A DNA stretch of 64,000 bases, taken from positions 12,772,001-12,836,000 of the forward strand of contig OX597823.1 in assembly GCA_951406725.2 (NCBI GenBank), written 5' to 3'. Made by a program: the position numbers and the translations under genes. A model generated the notes under the pieces. That model was given only the letters and a program-made list of their open reading frames with translations. It did not search any database and was not told the origin of the DNA. The DNA is from Octopus vulgaris (taxonomy: Eukaryota). Below, one piece after another: positions 53,244 to 64,000 of this stretch (positions are counted from its first letter, which is position 1; each line of letters starts with the position of its first letter).

Positions 53244-53363
53244 TTCTATTAGTATTATGTTTTGCGAATACTTCAGACATGTATCACCAAATTTATCCAC
53301 ACCTCCATTGTGATGCGATTTATTTTTAATCTTACAGCATCACATGTCTCAAGAAATATAGTG

Positions 53364-53787
<424 letters not shown>

Positions 53788-53804
53788 TATATATATATAT
53801 ATAT

Positions 53805-53833
<29 letters not shown>

Positions 53834-53835
<2 letters not shown>

Positions 53836-55335
53836 AAACTTAAAACTTAATAAAACTTAGATATGTTTCGACCAGAGATTGGTCCAGGCCATGTCTAACT
53901 TAATAGCACCACCTGATAGGATTATTCGAATCCTGTTTAAGTCAAGTTTTGTTCAAGTAGTGAGTTCTTGTTGGGTGAGTTGTATCCAATTATGGGTGGC
54001 TTGTCTGGTATTCTTTGAAGGAATCTATCCAGACTCTGTTTGAAGTTGATGGGATCCTTTTCCTCTTTGATCTCCCTCGGGACAATGTTAAATAGGGCAG
54101 GGCCTGTTGAGGAAAAGAAATTATGTTGCAGTGTACATGTATGTTGTGATCTTGAATTTGGCAGGGGACGTATAGCCCGTGGTCCAAGTCTCGGATGAAC
54201 CTTGAAGCTAATGTTTAGGTCGTTTGGGCAAAGTTGGCGGTATATTTTCCACATCGTACAAATGATGTACCGCTCACGGCGACGCTGGAGGGAGTAAAGT
54301 TTCAAGGCTTTAAGGCGATCCCAATAGTCGAGAGCAGCCATGCCTTCAATTTGTTTAGTGAGAGCCCTCTGGGGTGACTCAATTCTGGAGATGTTTTGTC
54401 TTGTGTGAGGAGACCACAGTGGGCAGCAGTATTCAAGGTGTGGCCGTACAAAGGATGAAAAAAGTGGTATGATGACACCTTGTTCTCTGGACCGGAAAGT
54501 TCTTAAGATCCAGGAACTCATCCTACGAGCTGTATCGACCTTCTTGTTGATGTGTGCACTCCAACTGAGATCGTCATCAACAATTACACCCAGGTCTCTG
54601 ATATTGTTAGAGGCTGTGAGCGGTTCCCCTGAAGGAAGAGCGTATGGTTGTTTTAGTGAGGAATTTCTTCCAAAATGCATCAGCTCAAATTTTCCCTCGT
54701 TCAGTTGCATTTTGTTTCTGTCTGCCCATTGACTCTCAGCATATAGGTCAGACTGGAGTTGAGTTCGGTCTGCTTCTTCATTGACGATTTGCTGGAGCTT
54801 AGTGTCATCAGCGAATATTTTCACTTTGCAGTGATGTACGACACTGGAAAGGTCGTTTACATAAATTATGAAGAGTAGCGGACCCAAAACAGTTCCCTGG
54901 GGAACACCGCTGGTGACTTTTGCTGGGTTTGAGTGGACTCCATCAACTACAACATGTTGTGTTCTATTCGCTAGGAAATACTGAATCCAGTGTAGAACTT
55001 TTCCACGGATTCCAACATTTGCCAATTTTGAGAGTAGGATGTTATGGTCTACCCTGTCGAACGCTTTACTGAAGTCAAGGTATATGACGTCAGAGTTCGA
55101 ACCTGTTCCCAAGGCTTTGAGTACATCTTCAATGTGGTGTAAGAGCTGTGTTAGACAGTCCCTGCCACAGCGAAAGCCATGTTGATTTGAATTTAGGAGT
55201 TTGTGGGTCTCCAGGAAGTCAGCTATCATTGATCTTAACACTCTTTCAAACACTTTAATGATGTGGGAGGTGAGTGAGATTGGGCGATAGTTGACTGGAG
55301 AGGGATCTGTTTCCCTGTTTGAAAACCGGGATGAC
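53834..55335 (-). mobile_element. 5'-truncated CR1-like LINE inserted in a (TA)n microsatellite
   Basis: RT ORF plus a short 3' UTR with hairpin and (aagtttt)n tail. (TA)n on both sides. Confidence 0.88.
53937..55335 (-). pseudogene. CR1-like reverse transcriptase (C-terminal part of ORF2)
   Basis: [45 protein letters not shown]. Open apart from a 1-bp shift near 55298 ([18 protein letters not shown]). Confidence 0.9.
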
Positions 55336-55350
55336 ATATATATATACATA

Positions 55351-55515
<165 letters not shown>

Positions 55516-55973
55516 ATATATTGTATTAGTCTAAAGAGCGTTCGTAGTGAAAGCAGATGTCTTTTGATAGGTACCATGTGTAAGTGCAAATTTCTTCTGT
55601 AAGCCTCGAGAATATTGCATAATTAATGGGGATTCAGAAAGCCCAGAGTCGTCAACTCTGATATGTTGGTTTATTCTATATGCGATGCTTGATGATTTTC
55701 TTCAAGACAAGACATAATTAATTCAAATGTCCATCTCATGCCTGCAATTTAAAAATTCAAATGATTTCAGCCATTGGAATAAAGTCATGCTGGATAATCG
55801 GTTCCAGAGTTTTCAGTCAATTTTATCAACGCCGATACTTAAATATTGTCGATTCTAATTATCTCTTCACTATTTCTCCAAGCTACCTCTCTTTAGATGG
55901 TTCCTTCTATTTCAGTAGTATACAATGTATATCATGTCTTAAAAGGTATATACGAACATAAACACACAGGCAA

Positions 55974-56552
55974 AGGCGGCGAGCTGGCAAAAACGTTAGC
56001 ACGCCGAACGAAATGCTTTGTGGTATTTTGTCTGCCGCTACGTTCTGAGTTCAAATTCCGCCGAGGTCGACTTTGCCTTTCATCCTTTAGAGATCGATAA
56101 ATTAAGTACCAGTTACGCACTTGGGTCGATGTGATCGACTTAGTCCCTTTGTCTGTCTTTGTTTGTCCCCTCTGTGTTTAGCACCATTGTGGGGAATAAA
56201 GAAATGAGAAACGGTAGCATGCCGGGCAAAATGCTTAGCGGTATGTCGTCTGTCGCTACGTTCTGAGTTCAAACTCCGCCGAGGTTGACTTTGCGTTTCA
56301 TCCTTTCGGGGTCGATTAAATAAGTACCAGTTACGCGCTGGGTCGATGTTATTGACTTAATCCCTTTGTCTGTCCTTGTTTGCTTTCTCTGTGTTTAGCC
56401 CCTTGTGGGTAGTAAAGAAATAGGTATTTGGTCTGCCGCTACGTTCTGAGTTCAATATCCGCCGAGGTCGACTTTTCCTTTCATCCTTTCGGGGTCGATG
56501 AAATAAACACCAGTTTCACACTGGGGTCGATATAATCGATTTAATCCGTTTG
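55974..56552 (+). mobile_element. SINE-B trimer
   Basis: Three cores with junctions gaaatg|agaaacggtagc and gaaata|ggtatttg. Confidence 0.85.
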
Positions 56553-57649
56553 TGCGCGTGTGTGTGTGTGTGTATGTGTGTGTGCAGATGTGTGTGCATG
56601 TGTATTTGTGCTTGTTTGCATGAGTAAGAAGAGTTTTGAACACTTTCTGTTATGCCATTAATCAATTTCAAAAGACATAGTCGAGAAAAGTGCAGTGCAT
56701 TGGCTCGTACCCGAAATCACGTGGTTACAATATTAACTTCTCGTGCATGTAAAAATGTCAGCTGATATCTAAGTAATTTCAAAATATTCACATACGTCTC
56801 ATAATGTCTCATGGTTTGACACAATTAACGTCGTAGCAAAGAAGCTATAAAATAAATGCGATGTTCTCTGGTGTAATTGTATCATTTCAATCGTCTAGAA
56901 AGGAAAGTGGTTGTAAAACTCACTAAAATGTATGTCACTTTCTAATCATACACGCAAGATGTTACGACATGAAGCAACAATTTTAAATATCTTTCGCACG
57001 TAATAATACTTTCTGCGAGCAATTACTACGAACGTTTGCCGAAATCTTCCGAAAATCCAAATGATAGCTCGTCCATTAATTTATCAAATTCCTTTCACTC
57101 ATGTACCGTTATATCCCATAACTCATAACATCGAGACACCAGAATTCGTTCTAGACATATTAAGAAGCTTAGTTAAAAGTTACACTGTTTCCCATGTACT
57201 AATACTGGATATTGTTCAGTGCGTCGCTTTAATCGGAGCTTAAACGGTGAGTGTATAACGGTGAAAACACAAAGAGATTATTTTCTTATCTATTGACTCA
57301 AATTATTTCGCTAGTATTATATTTATTACATTAAGTTCTGCATCTAATGCACATAAAACGGTAACAGTCTCTGAGAAGAAAACAAAAAAGAAGAGGAAAA
57401 AATATAGTATCTCTTGTTTTTTGTCCTGCAAAATAAAAATTTAATTTACAAAATGTTTTAGTTTTTCCTCTGTCTCTGCTTCATATGACAGGTAAAAAAA
57501 AACAATTCTATTGTCATTTATCGAAGAATTATAACGCACAAAGTTTCCATACTACCATATTTAAAACCACATCTGTCTTAAATTCTCGAAATGTAAAACA
57601 TTCCGTACTGTATTTGTCAAGACATTCATAAAGGTACAGAATTTCTCAC

Positions 57650-57768
57650 ACATACATACAAACATACATACATACATACAAACATACATACATACATACA
57701 TACATACATACATACATACATACATACATACATACATACATACATACATACATACATACATACATACA
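57650..57768. repeat. (CATA)n microsatellite
   Basis: Directly visible. Confidence 0.95.
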
Positions 57769-57769
57769 T

Positions 57770-57933
57770 TTCTCACTTTATTTCCTCTCCTTGTTCCTTT
57801 CTGTGTTCCTTTCTGTGGAAGAGCGCAGGCTCGAAACATTAAAAACTTTCTTCACTTCCCGAGCGTTATACTAATACATCTGTTTGTTGTCTACACCACC
57901 TGTCTTCGTCATTTATTTTTTGTGAATTCTTCC
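57770..57933 (+). mobile_element. Penelope-like tail fragment with variant hammerhead motif
   Basis: ttt-CTGTGGA-a-gagc(gcag)gctc-GAAAcatt-aaa. Related to 27135-27340 and embedded in (CATA)n. Confidence 0.5.
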
Positions 57934-58276
57934 TACATACATACATACATACATGCCTGCATACATACATACACACATACATACAAACAAACATACATAC
58001 ATATATAAGTAGTAGCGCAAAGCAATGAGGGTAAATATACAAACTTTAAGTTACTTCAAGTATATTTGTGACGTGTTTTAACTTCTAAAGGCAATTTCAC
58101 TCCAGTTTCGCATGAACAAAACAATTCTTGCTTTTGGTAAGCCAGAGAGTGCCACCAAATTGGTATTAGCGTGCTTATACCTTTACCATGAGAGGGAATT
58201 ATTCTCCATGGTAAACTGCAGTGAAATTGTGTTTAGAAGACTTTATACGTCACTGCTATATTTGAAGTATCCTAGA

Positions 58277-58319
<43 letters not shown>

Positions 58320-58324
<5 letters not shown>

Positions 58325-58498
58325 ATTAATTATATTTATTTTTTGTTTTTTATGTTTTGATTTATTTCTATAACTGTTTAAGTTTCCTAATAGTGGATTT
58401 ATCTCTAATTTAATTTATATTTATACTGTGAAATTTGATTTAATCCTAAATCTAATTTTTCCCTGTAAGTTTGGATATACTCCCTAATATTAAATATA

Positions 58499-58588
<90 letters not shown>

Positions 58589-58893
58589 CAAATTAGTGAT
58601 AAAACCACTATTAGGCAAATCAAACAGTGAAAATCATAAGCCAATACATAGAAATAAAATTAATTAAAAAAAATATAAAATATAAAAAAATATAAAATTC
58701 CAAATTAAAATATTTAAATTAAAGTTTTTTTAAATTAATTTTATTTCTATGTATTGGCTTATGATTTTCACTGTTTGATTTGCCTGATAGTGGTTTTTTC
58801 TCTAATTTAATATGATATATATTTATACTATAAAACTAGGTTTAATCCTAAATCTAATTTTTCCCTGTAAGTTTGGATTTACTCCCTAATATT
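58320..58893. repeat. Direct and inverted copies of an AT-rich PLE-type tail around (TA)n
   Basis: About 80-bp inverted repeat (about 58585-58665 vs 58733-58812). 58385-58491 is a direct homologue of 58783-58893. Confidence 0.65.
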
Positions 58894-60393
58894 ATTATTA
58901 TTATATATATATATATGTATGTATGTATGTATGTACGTATGTATGTATGTATGTGTATATATGTGTATGTATGAGTGTGTATGTGTGTGTGTGTGTGTGT
59001 GTATGTGTGTGTGTGCAGATGTGTATGTGCCTATGCAAACTATCGCTTTAAGCATCCGATACATTTTCCATAAATAAAATAAAGAAGGTACGCGTGTGCA
59101 CAAACATAAACACACTACATACTCATTGAGAACTGCTACAATGTATTTAAATGAAAACGAAAGTTTAAAAAGTGAAGTTATCTCCCTTTACATCACATTG
59201 CACAGTGAAAGATTGTCATTGTTTATTAAACAAAAGATTATTATATTGTGCTATCGAAATATCATACATTTATATATATTTTTTTTAATTCCTGCATAAT
59301 TGTCAAGGATTTGATTATATGTTTAGCCAGGTCTTTTGTTCACTCGTTTTTCAAAAAATATCGATAACAAATCGAACTTGTCACTCTCAATGGGAACACT
59401 GCATTAATAAATCAACACGTTTCGGTGATTAGAACATTATGACAAATTAAAAAAAACTACGAACTCCATGGTAAGTTAAAGATATTTTACGATGTTATGA
59501 TATTTAATACAGTGAACATTAAAAGTCAGCCAAGAAATTATTGTTTTGTGAGGAAATAACAGAAATATTCGACACTGAATATTGCTTTAAATATTCCAGG
59601 AAAGTACGGGAAACAATTTGGGATATACTCTACTCTTACTGGGACTTCTCAGCTAAGCATATACTTCTCTGTCATACCGATGATGAGATTAAGAATTTCC
59701 AAGTGAATACACAATAGTGTACACTAGTTGATGCGAAGAGATACTCTAAGTATAGCTTGGAGAAAAGGTGACACAATTTATTCAGAATCTCTATGAATCT
59801 GAAAAGCAATGATTGAGTTAAGTGTTGGTATGGTAGAATTATTATACTATTGGATAGAGTATCTAGGGCTATCCATACGCGAGTCTCTGCGATCTCAGTT
59901 TAAGCACCCCGGGGATAACTTTGCTTTTCATCATTTTTTTCTAGCGATAAATTGATATGCTATACAAGAATTGGGATCGGATTGTCTCTCTCTTTTCCTT
60001 TTTCACGATAAGAATTCACCTATGAAAATATCTGTGGAGAAAAGGTCTTCACCAAGTCTAAAAGACACCTCCAATATCAGATTGCTATCCCTAAAATTAC
60101 AGCCGAATTGATTCAAGATAAATTAAGTTCAGTTTTAGCATTAAATGTGTTTATGAACATAGCTTATTTAAAAATAATTTAACTCATCATAAATAGATAA
60201 TTAACAAGCATAATGATACTCCTACTATTGCTATTTTGTTGCTTCTAACACTCGAAGCAGCCACAAATGAAAAATGCTTTTTAAAATATTTATCAGGTTG
60301 GAAGAATATTTATTGTGTGTCTTTCATCTTATACTAGTTTCAGCCATTGGACTATGGTCATACTGAGGCGCACGAACACACGCACACTCATAT

Positions 60394-60457
<64 letters not shown>

Positions 60458-60767
60458 TATATATATATCGTTTTTTCGTAAAGACAAATACGAAGAAGCA
60501 CACGCTAAGGAGTAGGGCAGTCTATATTCATTACTGATAAAAGCCAGTTTATAGGGTTACTCTGAATTTCCCGGTCTAAAGGGTACCTTACCAAATCAGT
60601 AAGAAAGAGAGGAACTATAAGGGGAATCCAAGTGAGCAGATATAGAGACAATGATTCAAATAAACGCATAAAAAATTGTGCTTCAAAGTACAAATTGTAT
60701 ATACATGAATATATATATAAAATGAGAATGTAGACTCCAAGTTTTCAGATCATAAAAATATCAAGTG

Positions 60768-60789
<22 letters not shown>

Positions 60790-60798
<9 letters not shown>

Positions 60799-61811
60799 TG
60801 AGTAATTGAATGAATTATCTTATTAAGGATAATTCGAAAGATAACCGATACCTGGGTAGCAAATTCACATCAGAAAGAACACCGTTGAAGCTACGTCCAT
60901 AGGGCATAGACTACGTGTCTTCGTGCGGAAATTTGTATGTTTATTTTAAAATTGTAAGTATATAAAAGAATGGAGTTGAACGACTAGTTAACGAATATCC
61001 TTTATTTTCGACATATGTTTCGAAGGCTGCATATTCCTAATTGTTCGCCAAAGGCCCTTTAATAAACACAATCGTCGAAAGATCCTACAGGCGTTTACAC
61101 TGGAAAAGACACACCTTTCACTCATATAAATAGTGACTAATATAGATAACCCCTCGATTTCCCAAAAAATTTTTTCCTATACTTCACCCCAATAGTGAAA
61201 AAGATTTTCTTATATTCCCAATTACTACTATCCATTCTTGCGTTGCCTCTCACCTCGCCCGATTCTTTCTCCTTTTCGCTATCTACTTTCCTTTCTATAC
61301 AGTAAACATAATCGAACACACAGACACAGATATTTCATCTCACAGCTGTCAGTTTTCTGACATCAACCCATCCACAAACACAATCACGCATTCAGACACA
61401 CACATACACACATTAAGACAGTTATATACAGTCACACACACAGGCACTCATTCATTTAAACCCACCATTCTTTTGACCTGCACTCTCTCACCTTACTATT
61501 CTTATGCCTCCCTCCTCCTACTTCGTTTGAACTCTTGAACCTTTAGAAACTTCTAGATTCTTCTACATTCAGCCACTCTGACGTCACACATTATAAAGAG
61601 ACACTCATTATCGCCATGGGCTCCTTGAGAGCAGTCAGCTAAAGGTTTTTTGTACATTTTGATGTCGACATAAGTTCCTTGATTTTCCTGATGAGAAATC
61701 TGCATAATGTACTCCTTATTCCTTTGGAATTAGGAATATGCAGCCTTCGAAACATATGTCGAGAATAAAGGATATTTGTTAACTAGTCGTTCAACTCCAT
61801 TCTTTCATATT

Positions 61812-61815
<4 letters not shown>
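60790..61815 (+). mobile_element. Penelope-like element 3' end with inverted partial pLTR
   Basis: RRKILQAF..GKDTPFTHINSD (GIY-YIG C-terminal-like, about 61073-61137). 60955-61042 is an inverted copy of 61728-61815. (TA)n on both flanks. Confidence 0.7.
61682..61766 (+). ncRNA. Type I hammerhead ribozyme with long stem II
   Basis: attttc-CTGATGA-gaa..ctgcata...tatgcag..ttc-GAAAC-atat-GTC-gagaat: all core nucleotides present, stem I attttc/gagaat, GUC cleavage site. Confidence 0.8.
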
Positions 61816-61844
<29 letters not shown>

Positions 61845-61847
<3 letters not shown>

Positions 61848-61975
61848 AGCAAACTTAGATTACAGAGACTCAAAGAATTAGGTCGGCTATATCTGCCAAA
61901 CTTAAAGAGTAACACCAAACATTTCGAAACAGCTGTCGGTAGTGTAACGCCTTCTCCCTTCTAATTTTATGAGTC
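61845..61975 (+). mobile_element. Short PLE-type tail with 3' half of a hammerhead
   Basis: ttcGAAACagctGTCgg palindromic stem III, flanked by microsatellites. Confidence 0.4.
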
Positions 61976-62058
<83 letters not shown>

Positions 62059-63228
62059 TTACGTATATGTACATACATATGTTTGTGTGTGTGCTTGCAT
62101 ATACGTATATCTGGTTAAGAAGATTGATTCTCAGCCATGTGGCCTTTGGTTCAGACACACTGCGTAGCATAGTGGGAAACAATACATGCACACCTACACA
62201 TACACGCACACTCACACGCATATGCATACTTTTATCTGTTTGTATATATATATGCGCGTATGTGTGCGTAAGTGTATGTGTATATATCAGGATGTGTGCA
62301 TGTATGAATTGTATTATACAGCTAATCATAAGTTCCTGTTAAGGAAAGCACTGCTTAGATCTCCGCAACCAATTTAACATGTAAGTGTATTATTAGTCCG
62401 TGGACGTTGCGAACTGTAAGCACCTGTTCTCATTCCTGCGGAAGACTTACTTATGTACGTGTATATGCATATGTCGAAAATGTGATGATGTTTGGTCGAC
62501 AACTGATGAGAGGCTCACCGTGGATCTAACAGTTTTGTGTGAATATTTTTGTTGTGGGGAGTGGTCCTGCAAATTCTTCTCATGTCATTCTGTATTATTT
62601 TTCTTTACTCACAAACCCACATAGTACACACACATATACTCATATAAATAGAGAAGCTTTTGCTAGTGGAAACTCACACACACTAGCATATACACCGACA
62701 CATTCGCAACACACAATCACATGTTCTATGCTGGTGTCGCATTTGCAACTTAGCACTTAACACTAGAGCTGTTATATGTCCAACTATTATTTTTATACAA
62801 CTTACTTTTCATTTTGTTTCATATTTTTATTGTGTTGTATTGGATTAATAAATGCAGTTGATAATTGTAAATGATTCTTAGATAAAGGTCTTCTAGGTTA
62901 GCCGTTTTTTTACGCTCAGTTAGTAAGTGTTAAGCTTTCAGAGAACTGTTATCTTATGTTTTCAGGCATTTCTGCTGTGCAATCTAACACAATCATAGTA
63001 TAAATGAAAATCTATGTGTTTATGTAGGCATTTCTATATATGTATATATATATATGTATTTATATAAGTAATGCATGTTTGCGTGTGTGAAGATATGTTT
63101 GTCTGTATGCGTATATCAATATCAATGTATATTTATATGTATATGTATATATTTTTGTGCGTCTGTAGGTATGTATGTGTGTCTAGGTATGCATGTATCT
63201 ATGTATACGTATGTGTTTATATGTACAT

Positions 63229-63277
<49 letters not shown>

Positions 63278-64000
63278 ATGTATGTATGTGTGTATTTACC
63301 TTTGTTTCAAATTATATGCTCCTTAGATGATGAAATTTTGCATGGAGGAACAATTCTTAAGTAAGAATTTTACAGTTGATAAGACATTTTCCGAAAATTT
63401 AAAATCTTCAATTTATTAAAAAATGAAGACTTTATGCTTACTGTAGATGAATGTTCTCATCCTGGTGAAGAGAGAGGAATGTGTGACAGCATATACTTTA
63501 CAGGTAGTGCTGGTGGTGTCGATGGCGCCAGTTGTGTTGTTAACGGTAGTGGTGGTGGTGGTGGTGGTGGTGGTGTTAGTGGTGGTGTCGGCGATGCATG
63601 GTAATACAGTTATCTATAGTGATGGTTGTGGTGGTGAGAATAAAAATGATGGCTAATCATACTCTTCATTTGTTTTCTCTTTCCATACGAGATTGCTTGT
63701 GGATGTGAACATTCTACAAACGAAAATTGATTACATACAGCCAAACTTTTTAATGTGAACAGGAGAATCTATGTTGGAAATCCGAAAATTTTTATTTAAA
63801 CGCGACAGACAGAAAAATCAAACAAGATATAAACATTCTCCTTACTTCAGAAATGCAAATTTTCTTATTACAGACAAATATTATAGATATTGTGTTCGTT
63901 TCTTATTAAATTTTTATATTACACCAGACGTTATATAACTCACACGTACAGTTTCATTAAAGATATTAAGCTTCATCCCTTTAATATAGAAATCTCTGAA

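Noticed and set aside
53067-53300. Poly-N / poly-I-T ORFs
   Set aside because: Trinucleotide microsatellite artefact.

Overview
AT-rich, repeat-dense, essentially non-genic animal DNA. The SINE families, (TA)n/(CA)n/(CATA)n load and CCCTAA repeats point to an octopus/cephalopod genome (inference). No host protein-coding gene is supported apart from one weak 69-bp exon candidate, and most short ORFs in the track are microsatellite or SINE artefacts. The window holds about 25 tRNA-derived SINE copies (mainly two families, called SINE-A and SINE-B here), seven non-autonomous Helitrons, a Tc1 fragment, a mariner interrupted by a telomere-repeat-bearing MITE, CR1-like and L1/Tx1-like LINE remnants, and several Penelope-like pieces with hammerhead ribozyme motifs. 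The main finding is at 41.8-46.4 kb: two diverged, head-to-tail, ORF1-only retroelements (RRM-like region plus CCHC zinc knuckle, no RT/EN). Both inserted at the same position in the tRNA-like head of a SINE-A copy, leaving three copies of a 16-17 bp target duplication. They carry 199-bp 5' monomers and share a 3' tail with SINE-B, and one SINE-B copy hits the same site in another SINE-A. This suggests a SINE-targeting Tx1-like retrotransposition system with two non-autonomous passengers. Repeat boundaries were read by eye and are approximate unless a TSD or terminus is given.
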